Below are positions 28,995 through 38,348 of a DNA stretch of 64,000 nucleotides, piece by piece. Origin of the DNA: an uncultured Nitrososphaerota archaeon (lineage in GTDB: Archaea > Thermoproteota > Nitrososphaeria > Nitrososphaerales > Nitrosopumilaceae); NCBI GenBank assembly GCA_963701075.1, contig OY969559.1, positions 1,248,001 to 1,312,000 of the forward strand, written 5' to 3'. Made by a program: the position numbers and the translations under genes. The notes under the pieces were generated by a model. It ran no database searches and had not been told where the DNA came from. It was given only the letters and a program-made list of their open reading frames with translations. Position 1 is the first letter of the stretch. Each line of letters begins with the position of its first letter.

Positions 28995-29975
28995 TCATGC
29001 TAAACAACTAGGATGCCGATTCCTCCACCGTGTTGTAGGATCAACAAGTATGTCCCCTGTTTCCACTTTGCCATAATAATGGGCATTTGGTGGTTCCATC
29101 TCATCTGAATTCATGGCTCCATGTGGCTTGTTGTTATAGCATTCCATGACCTGGGGCATTGCCGCAAAATGCGCCATGTTTCTCTCAACGACAGAGAATT
29201 TCCCAAACTTGACATTTACTTGGGCATAGTGCAGCATAGGTACTTCATACTTCATGCAATGTTTTATTCGATTATACTCAAAGGGCGTTGGTATGTTGTC
29301 ATACAAGCAATCATTTGCACTGGACATCTTGTGTGCCTGCCTAGCAGACTCAATTTCATGCACAGTTACTATGTCTAGCCTTCTAGGTCTTTGCAGATCT
29401 ATCAAATAGTGCGGATAGAGCGCTCTCATGGCTATGGGGTGGAATAATTTCTGGAAGAGATATGCCTTGTTTTTTAGGTGCATTTCAATACCAGACCACT
29501 TCTTCAAAAGAGGAGCATGGACTTGAGAGTCAACGATGGACGGAATCTGATTGTATCGCGTAATAACTAAATGAACAAGAGCCGAGGCTGTTCTCATTGA
29601 TGCATGTGCAGGATATCTCAAAGCTGCCACCGCGTGTTTGTGAATGCTATGATGTGCTCTTTTTGCACCTCTTGCACATGTGTGCCACTCCTCTCTGAAA
29701 ATTTTTCTTGGATTGAGATTGTGTAGGATTGACCCAAGACCTTTGCCCAGAAAAGTTTTGCCGTAGGATCTTTGATTTGTGCCAGTGTGATTCTTTTGAC
29801 CTGTTTTAAGTATATGGTAAGCTTCAATGATTAATTTGAATTTTTCACTATCTTGCTTTGAGGCACTCTTGTCAGGGTGGTATTTGAGTACTAATTTCCT
29901 ATATGCAGTCTTTACCTCATGCATGGATGCACCTTCTTGTAGATCAAGTAGATGATAACAACTGCGATTATTCAA
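28995..29975 (-). CDS. J-domain protein with uncharacterised C-terminal region
   Basis: CYHLLDL..GAS..EVKTAYRKLVLKYHPDK..FKLI.EAY.IL. Confidence 0.7.
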   Translation of the reverse strand: MNNRSCYHLLDLQEGASMHEVKTAYRKLVLKYHPDKSASKQDSEKFKLIIEAYHILKTGQKNHTGTNQRSYGKTFLGKGLGSILHNLNPRKIFREEWHTCARGAKRAHHSIHKHAVAALRYPAHASMRTASALVHLVITRYNQIPSIVDSQVHAPLLKKWSGIEMHLKNKAYLFQKLFHPIAMRALYPHYLIDLQRPRRLDIVTVHEIESARQAHKMSSANDCLYDNIPTPFEYNRIKHCMKYEVPMLHYAQVNVKFGKFSVVERNMAHFAAMPQVMECYNNKPHGAMNSDEMEPPNAHYYGKVETGDILVDPTTRWRNRHPSCLA

Positions 29976-30296
29976 TGCTGGTTATTTATAAAAAATATTT
30001 TAAGAACCTGATCTAATTTTTTTTGTCTTGGTTGGAAAATAAATTTAATCAAGAAAAAAATCGGTGTTTTACCAAATAGCTAACACCTTGATCGATGATT
30101 TCTAACAAAATAAAATCTTCATCTCTGGGTACAAAAGACATCTCAAGGTATCAATATGTAAATACTATTTCAGCGAATCTCGCAATGCAATGTATGATAC
30201 AATACGTTTAGGAGTAATTAGAGATGCTGGATTAATTCACTAAAGTAAAAAATGTGATTTTCTGGCTTTAAATAGGTCTAGCTACTCCCATCTGTC

Positions 30297-30566
30297 ATGA
30301 CTAGGCAGGAGGAAGGCAGTGCACCTACAAATTCCGAAGTAAAGAGAATAGTCTCTGACGAAGTTAGGCCTTTACTTGAGAAACTAACGGAACTTGTAGA
30401 CAAGATGGGGCGCTATCACAATCATGATATTGAATTCCAGCAGAAATTGATACTTTTGATATCTCAGATGTTCAAAAACCAAGAGATATCCATGGAGGGC
30501 TTTGACAAGCTCGATTTGTTCATAAGAAAGGAATTCTTCTGGGGTACGCCAAAATCAGATGTCTAG
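30297..30566 (+). CDS. Hypothetical protein
   Basis: 89-aa helical ORF; TTTAAATA about 25 nt upstream. Confidence 0.6.
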   Translation: MTRQEEGSAPTNSEVKRIVSDEVRPLLEKLTELVDKMGRYHNHDIEFQQKLILLISQMFKNQEISMEGFDKLDLFIRKEFFWGTPKSDV

Positions 30567-30643
30567 AACAAATTTTCGACATTTCACCTTTTAACTTGTC
30601 TATGTGAGTTGATCTTCACATTAAATAGACACATTTTGTAAAA

Positions 30644-30991
30644 ATGTGCATGGAAAAGTTTGAGCTTACACTTTTAGTAGGCAAAAAACCAGCAGATAAT
30701 CAAACCAAGAAACTTCAAGAGTACTTCAATGAGATGCCGATGGAGGAAATACTTGCTGGCCTTTATTTTGCAAAAAGCCGATGGACTGCAAAGGACGCAG
30801 GCGTTCTAAAAGTAGGAAGGAAAAGCATAATCAAAAAAGAAATTCACTCTGTTACATCCGAGCAAGCCCAATGGCGCTTGAAAAACTGGAAGACCATGAT
30901 AGCAAATTACAGAAGACTAGGATACAGCTACCCAACAATATCGAGAATAAAGAAGCACTTTGCAGAAATAAGCAAAAAGCGCTCTAAATAG
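30644..30991 (+). CDS. Basic hypothetical protein
   Basis: 115-aa ORF; C-terminal LGYSYPTISRI is HTH-like; TTAAATA upstream. Confidence 0.65.
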   Translation: MCMEKFELTLLVGKKPADNQTKKLQEYFNEMPMEEILAGLYFAKSRWTAKDAGVLKVGRKSIIKKEIHSVTSEQAQWRLKNWKTMIANYRRLGYSYPTISRIKKHFAEISKKRSK

Positions 30992-31640
30992 TAGCTTGCT
31001 CTTTTGTCGTAGAAGGCAAGTTGGGTGGAAGGTCGGGAATTGTCTGTCTGACATGTCCTTCTAGCACCGCTTGCGCTTCTTCAAGAATCTGGCTTGTCTC
31101 AGAACTTGTCGTATCGACAACAAATTGGCTGTCTGCGTTGACTGAAGAGCCTGCCATGATATCTCCTAGTATGCTTGACAGGTCCTGCATTGACGAGCTT
31201 GCCTCAGGCACGAGTCCGCTCAAACTGGTTCCTAGGCCCTTTATGACGGACATGCATGGGCTCAGCGTGACAACCACATCGCCAAGTTCTGACATTGTGT
31301 TTAATCTAATCTGGATCTGTTCCATGGCTAATTTTGCACCTGTTATCATGTTGTTCATCTTTCTAATCTCATGTAGTTCTGTGGCATATGCGTTAGAATA
31401 TGGCTTGTTGTGGTTTCTTACTGCCTCTACCACTTTTTTGAAAATATAATCATCTTTTTCCTTTAGTTTTCGTGAAATAGAGTCAAGTTTTGCTATCTGA
31501 AGCTGCAGCTTTTTTTGTGCCTCATCAATCTTTGGTCTAAGTGGAGCATCAGGTTTTACCTTATCCATTACCTTCTGTGATATGCTTTCCTTTTGGGTGT
31601 TCCATCTTGCTGCAAAGTTCATGATTTTTGACTGTGCCAT
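30984..31640 (-). CDS. cdvB: ESCRT-III/Snf7-family cell division protein (CdvB paralog)
   Basis: PLRPKI..A...LQ.QI.KL, ELHEIRK, LEQI-like MEQIQIRLNT..ELGD.VVTLSP, ILEEA. Confidence 0.88.
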   Translation of the reverse strand: MAQSKIMNFAARWNTQKESISQKVMDKVKPDAPLRPKIDEAQKKLQLQIAKLDSISRKLKEKDDYIFKKVVEAVRNHNKPYSNAYATELHEIRKMNNMITGAKLAMEQIQIRLNTMSELGDVVVTLSPCMSVIKGLGTSLSGLVPEASSSMQDLSSILGDIMAGSSVNADSQFVVDTTSSETSQILEEAQAVLEGHVRQTIPDLPPNLPSTTKEQATI

Positions 31641-31682
31641 GATCTGAATCGATATTTTAAACATTCATGTTCTATGCATGGG

Positions 31683-31714
31683 TGTAACTGCAGTGACACA
31701 TTGCTGCAGTTACA
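31683..31714. promoter_or_regulatory. 11-bp perfect inverted repeat upstream of cdvB-like gene
   Basis: TGTAACTGCAG-N10-CTGCAGTTACA. Confidence 0.6.
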
Positions 31715-31740
31715 AGTGTGATTTGTCATCTTTGATAATC

Positions 31741-31770
31741 AATGTTTCAAAATTCGAATTTAGAAACATT
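31741..31770. repeat. Third copy of the 30-bp palindrome
   Basis: AATGTTTCAAAATTCGAATTTAGAAACATT. Confidence 0.85.
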
Positions 31771-31784
31771 AATTATTGACACGG

Positions 31785-32906
31785 CTATCCAAACGTGAAT
31801 GTATAGATTTGAAATCCTGGTTTTGCTATTAGAGTCAGAGTGTGCGCGCCTGCCTGCTGGGATGAAATGACATTATACAGCCTGTTCTCTGACACATGAA
31901 CTGTACTATTTTGGGTGTCTTGTCCGGCATCACTTGTTCCAACAGGGTTTCCATCGAGCAGTACTTGTACATCAACATTGGGGCCTGCAGCTACGATATG
32001 AACATCTTTTGCATAGTATGGAAGCACTATCTTGCCAGTGTCAGATGCCAGTTTCATGCTGTCTGGTAGGTTTTGCCAGTTCCCATCAAGATAGAAATGA
32101 TCTTGCTGCAAACTGGAAGGAAGCGAATATGTCACTGTATTGTCTGGCTGAAACCCTTCTTGATTTCCAATGAAACTTCGACCCGTTGCAAAATCATACC
32201 CAAAATAAAGTTCTGGTGTTTCCTGGTCTGAAAATTCATGCGGTACAAGATTTACTAGTGACATGTTAGCATTGACATTTAATCCAAGGGCTTGTGAGCG
32301 TTGTTCTAATAATTGCTGTATTGTTGTCTCTGTTATGTTGTAATCTCCTTCTCCAAAGTGCACATGTCTTATGTGTCCAAGATAGTCTGTCATGTATTCT
32401 GCAGGCCAGTATCTATTGCCAAAGGCATCCCATGTATTGTGATCACTGTCTAACACGACAGGATATGTTATGTTATATTTTTGTACAGCCATGTTGACAT
32501 TGTTGATATCTTTTTCAAATTCAAACTCCGGCGAATGGATTCCAATTATGAGCAACCCCTTGTCTGCATATTTTTCATTCCATTCTTTTAGATATGGAAG
32601 TGTTCGTAGACAGTTAATGCAACTGTATGTCCAAAAATCATAAAGCACAACCTTGTTTTTCATAGATTCTTTTAGTGCATCTGGTGTTGTATTGATGTAG
32701 CCTGAAATTCCAACTAGATCAGGAGTTAATGGGTATTGACTTTCATCTATTGGTATTGACGATGCGTTGTTAGAAGTTGGCCCAAGCAGGTTTGAGTTTT
32801 CATTTATTTCTGGTTTGTCTAGTGACGTAAAGTATGCAGCAATGCCAGCTATTGCTGCTATGATAACTATTCCTGTAATGATTGCGCTTTTGATCTCTTT
32901 TTTCAT
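31785..32906 (-). CDS. Membrane-anchored redoxin (DipZ C-terminal-like)
   Basis: N-terminal TM; DFWTYSCINC, GIHSPEF, YWPAEY, HFGEGDY, TPELY, FTFG end. Confidence 0.9.
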   Translation of the reverse strand: MKKEIKSAIITGIVIIAAIAGIAAYFTSLDKPEINENSNLLGPTSNNASSIPIDESQYPLTPDLVGISGYINTTPDALKESMKNKVVLYDFWTYSCINCLRTLPYLKEWNEKYADKGLLIIGIHSPEFEFEKDINNVNMAVQKYNITYPVVLDSDHNTWDAFGNRYWPAEYMTDYLGHIRHVHFGEGDYNITETTIQQLLEQRSQALGLNVNANMSLVNLVPHEFSDQETPELYFGYDFATGRSFIGNQEGFQPDNTVTYSLPSSLQQDHFYLDGNWQNLPDSMKLASDTGKIVLPYYAKDVHIVAAGPNVDVQVLLDGNPVGTSDAGQDTQNSTVHVSENRLYNVISSQQAGAHTLTLIAKPGFQIYTFTFG

Positions 32907-32910
32907 CTGA

Positions 32911-33645
32911 TCATCGTCCTAACAAAATATTGTTTAGCAGAGGAAAGCTTGCAATGTCTGCTAACTGGTTTGTGTACACCAAGACTCCAAGTAATACAAT
33001 AAGAGATCCCATGATGATTGAATAGTATTTCAAATGCTTACTCATTGACTTGATGAATCTTGTAAATCTTGAAAAGAATACCCCCATTAGTATGAATGGA
33101 ATTCCAAGCCCCATGGAATAGCTAAGCAACAAAACAAAAGCATGACCTGGTGAAGTAGCCGCCAATGTCAAAATGCTGCCCAAGATGGGACCTATGCATG
33201 GGGTCCAGCCAGTAGCAAAGGCAAGCCCGAAGACAAAAGAGAGAGGGTAGCTTGTTTTTGCTCTGCTTGGAATTATTTTCCTTTCAAAATTTAGCTTGGA
33301 TATCTTTGAAGACAATAACATGAACACTCCAAATGCGATTATTATGATTCCTCCTATGTGGTTAAAGTCCGCAAATAACTTTCCTGTACTAGTTGATACC
33401 ACACTATTGAGTATAACTCCTAGAACTGAAAAAACAACTGTAAACCCAGCCACAAAAAACACTGTATTTAACAAAATATTCAATCGGCTTGCAACAAGAT
33501 TGACTGTACCGTTATTTCTCTGAAGCTCAGACAATGTAGTTCCAGAAATATACGCAAGAAAGGCAGGAATCATGGGTAAAATACAGGGAGCAAGAAAAGA
33601 GCCCAATCCTGCTACAGCTGCAATCCCTATGCTTAGTTCGACCAT
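32911..33645 (-). CDS. ccdA: CcdA/DsbD transmembrane thiol-disulfide transporter
   Basis: SFLAPCILPMIP and GWTPCIGPIL. Confidence 0.92.
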   Translation of the reverse strand: MVELSIGIAAVAGLGSFLAPCILPMIPAFLAYISGTTLSELQRNNGTVNLVASRLNILLNTVFFVAGFTVVFSVLGVILNSVVSTSTGKLFADFNHIGGIIIIAFGVFMLLSSKISKLNFERKIIPSRAKTSYPLSFVFGLAFATGWTPCIGPILGSILTLAATSPGHAFVLLLSYSMGLGIPFILMGVFFSRFTRFIKSMSKHLKYYSIIMGSLIVLLGVLVYTNQLADIASFPLLNNILLGR

Positions 33646-33844
33646 GTAACTAGATGGTGTCTTTTTTTATTAATACCTTGTTCCAAATCTAATCCAAATC
33701 CCATCCATGTTTTTTGAGCAAAAACTTCTCACGTAATACCAAGAAATTGTAATGGCAATAGATGATCTGTTGGTATCATAGAGCGCATATGCAAACTAAT
33801 TCTATATGAACAAGATTCTAAATTGATGAAACACTTGATAAGAT

Positions 33845-33964
33845 ATGTCTTCAATAGAATCAGACGAATCAAATCAATCTGCATCTGCTGCCGAAATCCA
33901 AGAAGAGACTCCGGAAATAGATGCAAATGTAGATGAACAAGAGGAAACTCCAGAATTAGAATAG
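33845..33964 (+). CDS. Putative acidic microprotein (39 aa)
   Basis: MSSIESDESNQSASAAEIQEETPEIDANVDEQEETPELE*. Confidence 0.4.
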   Translation: MSSIESDESNQSASAAEIQEETPEIDANVDEQEETPELE

Positions 33965-34070
33965 ATGCATTTCTAATTTCTGTTCTTCTTTATTTATGAA
34001 ATTGGAAAAAATAATTTTCTGGTATCTTTGATAGTTTGCCTATTTCTAGTTCTTCAATCTAAACTTCAAG

Positions 34071-35201
34071 TCATGTGATTCCAAACTTTTTTCCTGCCTT
34101 TTCGAACACATCAAGCGATCTTGCGATGGTATTATCTGTCAGCCATGAAGTAACAGAAATTCGAATTCTTGCAGTACCTAGTTCTACGGTGGGATACCTT
34201 ATTGGCTGTACAAAAATGCCATTATTTGATAAATACTGCCCAAACTCTATGGCCTTTTTCTCATCTCCGATTATTATAGGGATGATCTGGCTCTGAGAGC
34301 CTATTTGGTACCCACTTGACCCTAGGCCTTTTCTCATCATGCGGACATTTTTCCACAGTTTGATTCTTTTTTGTTCCCTGTCTGAGGACATTTTGTCTAG
34401 TGATGCCTGTACTAGAAAGTTTGGCAACGCAGAAGTGTAGATAAAAGGCCTTGAGGTGTTTATGGCAAGTTCTATGACTTCTTTTTTTGAGGCAACATAT
34501 CCACCAAATGCGCCAAGGCCCTTGCTAAGACTGCTGATGTATACATCTATTTTTTTAGACACCCCGAGATACTCTGCAGATCCTCGTCCGTCAGTTCCTG
34601 CAACAAAATCCCCGTGTGCGTCATCTAGGATCAAAAATGCACTGTATTTTTTGCACAACTCGGAGATCTCTTTTAACTTTGAAAAATCTCCGTTCATGGA
34701 AAAGATTCCTTCTGTAACTACAAACTTGCGCCGCCTATCTTTTCTTAGTTTTTTTTCCAAGTCTTGCATGTTGTTATGTTTGTAGATTGTCTTTTTTGCA
34801 TGTGATAACCTGCAGGAATCTATTATGCTTGCATGATTGAGCTCATCACTTAATATCAAATCGTCTTTTTGTGGCAAGATTGAAATAATTCCCAAGTTTG
34901 CCATGTATCCCGTTGGAAAAGTAAGCGCAGCCTCTTGGCGTTTATGTCTTGCAAGTTTAGATTCTAGTTTTTTAAATAAATTGTCGTTGCCTGCCACAAG
35001 CCTTGAGCTTGACTGGACCTGCATCGACGTGATCTTGGTGTGCCCTAGTCCAAGATAATCATTAGAGGACAAATTGACAAGTTTTTTTCCTTTTATGAAA
35101 ATATATGGGCCTAAAACTTTGTTGTCAAGCAGACTGCGATATAGATTAGATCTTTTTATCGCAGCCAGTCTTGCATTTATGAAATTAAACTTAGGCTTCA
35201 A
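34071..35201 (-). CDS. bioF: 8-amino-7-oxononanoate synthase
   Basis: SSNDYLGL, GYMAN, DELNHAS, EGIFSM.G, DDAH, SLSKGLG. Confidence 0.93.
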   Translation of the reverse strand: MKPKFNFINARLAAIKRSNLYRSLLDNKVLGPYIFIKGKKLVNLSSNDYLGLGHTKITSMQVQSSSRLVAGNDNLFKKLESKLARHKRQEAALTFPTGYMANLGIISILPQKDDLILSDELNHASIIDSCRLSHAKKTIYKHNNMQDLEKKLRKDRRRKFVVTEGIFSMNGDFSKLKEISELCKKYSAFLILDDAHGDFVAGTDGRGSAEYLGVSKKIDVYISSLSKGLGAFGGYVASKKEVIELAINTSRPFIYTSALPNFLVQASLDKMSSDREQKRIKLWKNVRMMRKGLGSSGYQIGSQSQIIPIIIGDEKKAIEFGQYLSNNGIFVQPIRYPTVELGTARIRISVTSWLTDNTIARSLDVFEKAGKKFGIT

Positions 35202-36171
35202 GGCCTATCTTTGATATCATGTTAAAGTCCTCAACTGGAGAGTTTCCACCTATTGTCAGGTATCCTCCAGTGATGATGCCGTTGGCACCTCCAAGAAGAG
35301 CTTTTTCCTGTTCGCTTGAAAGATACACTTCTCTACCACCAGCTATCTTCAAGATGGTTCTTGGCATTAGAAATCTAAAGACAGCTATCGTGCGCAGAAT
35401 CTCTGACAGGGGAAGTCTTGGCTGAATCTCAAGCGGAGTTCCCTTTTGTGGAACAAGTATGTTTATTGGACATTCCTCAGGACTGAGGTTTGCCAAGTCA
35501 AGGCCAAGCTCTAGTCTTTGCATTCTTGTCTCTCCCATTCCAATGATTCCACCGCAGCATAGTTCAAGACCTACTTTCTTTATTGTCACGTTAGTATTCA
35601 TCCTGTCATCATATGTATGCGTCGTGCATATTTTAGAAAAGAAACTTCTTGATGCTTCTAGATTGTGATTGTATCGCTTCACTCCTAATTTTTTGAGTTG
35701 CAATGCCATGCTCTCATCTATGAATCCAAGAGAGCAGTTTACCTCAATTCCGACTTTATCGTTTATCTCTTTTATGATGTCACAAATCTGGGCAAAATCG
35801 TTCTGAGTTGGGCCTCGCCATGCACAAACAAGGCAAAAGCTCTTAACTCCATCTTCTTTTGACATTTTAGCATTTTGAACTATAATGTCAGCTGGCAATA
35901 GCTTGTATGTGTCAATCCCGCTCTTGTAGAATACCGATTGGGAACAAAATGTACAGTCCTCTTGACATTTTCCTTTTTTTGCATTGATTAGAGATTCTAC
36001 ATCTACCAGATTTCCACTTATCTTGCGCGTGATCTCATTTGCAGCATCTGATAAAAATTGTAATGACTCTTCTGAAACGTTGACAAGTTTTTCAGCGTCT
36101 TGAGCTGTAATGCCCTGCCCTGATAATATTTTGTCCCTACATAAAATGATAAATTCATGTTCTGAATTCAT
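35191..36171 (-). CDS. bioB: Biotin synthase
   Basis: CQEDCTFCSQ radical-SAM motif, YNHNLE, CCGGIIGMGE, IAGGRE. Confidence 0.96.
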   Translation of the reverse strand: MNSEHEFIILCRDKILSGQGITAQDAEKLVNVSEESLQFLSDAANEITRKISGNLVDVESLINAKKGKCQEDCTFCSQSVFYKSGIDTYKLLPADIIVQNAKMSKEDGVKSFCLVCAWRGPTQNDFAQICDIIKEINDKVGIEVNCSLGFIDESMALQLKKLGVKRYNHNLEASRSFFSKICTTHTYDDRMNTNVTIKKVGLELCCGGIIGMGETRMQRLELGLDLANLSPEECPINILVPQKGTPLEIQPRLPLSEILRTIAVFRFLMPRTILKIAGGREVYLSSEQEKALLGGANGIITGGYLTIGGNSPVEDFNMISKIGLEA

Positions 36172-36208
36172 GGAATGATTTTTTTGGGTTCTATTAATTA
36201 AGATTGTT

Positions 36209-36242
36209 ATGGTAAACTGACTAGATCTTACCGGTTTACTAT
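36209..36242. promoter_or_regulatory. Putative BirA-type biotin operator
   Basis: GTAAAC(36212-36217)-N16-GTTTAC(36234-36239) upstream of the bioB promoter region. Confidence 0.6.
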
Positions 36243-36266
36243 TTTGAAACGTTGGGTAGGTTCAAA

Positions 36267-37583
36267 TCACAATATTTTTTCTGTGACTTTTTTTATGGTA
36301 TCTATTACACCGTTAACCAAAAAGTCAAGCTCATCTTCTGGTATGGCCAGAGGAGGCACAATCATTACTATGGACCCAAGTGTTCTTAGGTAAATTTTGT
36401 GTTTTTTTGCTTCACTGAAAATTCTCTGGTGTATGTGTTTTTCAGGTGAGATTGGAGACTTTGTTGCCTTGTTACTGACAAGTTCTATTCCCATGATCAT
36501 TCCCTTGTGTCTTACATCGCCAACTAGATCCAGTCCTGAAATCTCGTCAATTCGCCTTTGAAGATACAAAGAACTTTTTTTGATCTTTGAAATGATATTG
36601 TATTTTTTGTAAAGTGCAAGGTTTGTAATTGCAGTTGCACAAGCCAAGGGATTTCCAGTGAAAGTATGCCCATGGAAAAAATGCTTCATTTCTTGATGCT
36701 GTCCTAAAAATGCGTCGTAGACTTTCTTGTTTGCTAGCGTGACTGCAAGTGGCAAATAACCAGCTGTTAGCATTTTGCCAAAGGATACAATGTCAGGGGT
36801 GCTTTCTTGGCTTTGATATTCCATCATGGACCCTAGTCTCCCAAAACCTGTGGCAATCTCATCTAGTATGAATAAAACGCCATGTTTTCTGCACAGGGTG
36901 CCAATCTTTTTCTGAAAACCATCAGGATATATTGTAATGCCGCCAGCTATCTGGGCTCCGCTTTCCATGACAAAAGCCGCAATGTTGTCATTTCGTGAAA
37001 GTGTTTTTTCTATTTTTTCCATGCAATGGTTTTGAAATTCCTCAAAAGTAAAACCATTTGGAATTCTGTAACTATTTGGAGACGGGATGCTAATTACAGG
37101 AAATAAAATAGATTTGTATTTTGAAAAAAACAACGGAACATATCCCAATGACATTGCGCCGGTGGTGTCTCCGTGATACCCATTTTCAAGTGTGACAAAC
37201 TTTGTTTTTTTCTTCTCGCCATTGTTGTGCCAATATTGTAACGCCATCTTTGCAGAAACTTCCATGGCAGTAGAGCCGTCATCTGAATAAAACACCTTGT
37301 ACATGTCAGGTGCCAATCTCACAAGTTTTGACGCAAGCTCTTCTGCCTTGTCATTTGTAAGATTGAAAAGAGACGAGTGCTGCAGTTTCCTTGTCTGCTT
37401 TATCATTGATTTCACTAGTTCGTCTCTGGAATGACCCCATACATTGCACCACATGCTTGCAACTCCATCTAGCAGACGGTTTCCTTTAGAGTCATAAAGC
37501 CACATTCCTTTTCCTCGTACAATGACATCAAAGTTTGGCCACTCATTCATCTGAGTATATGGATGCCAAACGTAGCTGTGCAT
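36267..37583 (-). CDS. bioA: DAPA aminotransferase
   Basis: VWHPYTQM, SMWCNVWGH, DDGSTAME, GYHGDT, DEIATGFGR, FGK.LTAGY, HGHTFTGN. Confidence 0.96.
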   Translation of the reverse strand: MHSYVWHPYTQMNEWPNFDVIVRGKGMWLYDSKGNRLLDGVASMWCNVWGHSRDELVKSMIKQTRKLQHSSLFNLTNDKAEELASKLVRLAPDMYKVFYSDDGSTAMEVSAKMALQYWHNNGEKKKTKFVTLENGYHGDTTGAMSLGYVPLFFSKYKSILFPVISIPSPNSYRIPNGFTFEEFQNHCMEKIEKTLSRNDNIAAFVMESGAQIAGGITIYPDGFQKKIGTLCRKHGVLFILDEIATGFGRLGSMMEYQSQESTPDIVSFGKMLTAGYLPLAVTLANKKVYDAFLGQHQEMKHFFHGHTFTGNPLACATAITNLALYKKYNIISKIKKSSLYLQRRIDEISGLDLVGDVRHKGMIMGIELVSNKATKSPISPEKHIHQRIFSEAKKHKIYLRTLGSIVMIVPPLAIPEDELDFLVNGVIDTIKKVTEKIL

Positions 37584-37646
37584 GTGGGAGTCTCTAAACT
37601 TGTCGCATTAATAATGATGCGGTGAATTATTAAATAACATCTGCAA

Positions 37647-38348
37647 TTGTTTGCTGTGAAATCATATTTTATCACTGGTACCGATACTGGAGTTGGCAAG
37701 ACTGCAATCACTGCTGCACTTGCAGCGTCTCTTAGAAGGCGTGATATTGATGTAGGTGTAATGAAGCCGATTGCAAGCGGGGCTCCTCAGAAAACTGGAT
37801 TCAAGTCATCTGATGCTGCATTATTGCATGAAGCCGCAAAAGTAAACGATACCGAAGAGATGATAAACCCTATCTTTCTCCCCCTGCCTACTTCTCCATA
37901 TGACGCAACCAAGATCCTAAATCTGAAAATCGATATGAATACAATATTTGAAAGGTTTCAACATCTTCTAAAGGCGCACCAAATGCTGCTTGTAGAGGGA
38001 ATTGGGGGCATCATGACTCCGATTACAAGGAATTTTTTTGTTGCAGACATGATAAAAAAGATGGGGCTAGAAACCATTATTGTGACACGATCAACTTTGG
38101 GAACACTGAACCACACTGTGATGACGTTTATGATGTGCAAAGAGTATGGAATTGCAGTCAAGGGCATGATAATTAATTACTTTGATGAAAAAGGCAGTCT
38201 TGCAGAAAGAAATGCCCCGTCTACTTTACACGAAATCACAGGACTGCCAATTCTTGGCATAATTCCTTTTGTAAAGGACTATCAAAAACTAGACACGATG
38301 ACAAGTGTTGTGGAAAAAAACATCGACTTGAATTTGTTTATATCCTGA
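37647..38348 (+). CDS. bioD: Dethiobiotin synthase
   Basis: FITGTDTGVGKT, KPIASG, VEGIGG, LGTLNHT. Confidence 0.96.
   Translation: MFAVKSYFITGTDTGVGKTAITAALAASLRRRDIDVGVMKPIASGAPQKTGFKSSDAALLHEAAKVNDTEEMINPIFLPLPTSPYDATKILNLKIDMNTIFERFQHLLKAHQMLLVEGIGGIMTPITRNFFVADMIKKMGLETIIVTRSTLGTLNHTVMTFMMCKEYGIAVKGMIINYFDEKGSLAERNAPSTLHEITGLPILGIIPFVKDYQKLDTMTSVVEKNIDLNLFIS

Noticed and set aside
31785-33645. ccdA as evidence for c-type cytochromes
   Set aside because: CcdA plus redoxin equals a split DipZ-type thiol-reduction module; no heme-lyase or CxxCH protein is in the window.
34157-34168. AAATTCGAATTC as a fourth copy of the palindrome
   Set aside because: Only the core matches, it is inside bioF coding sequence, and the outer arms are absent.
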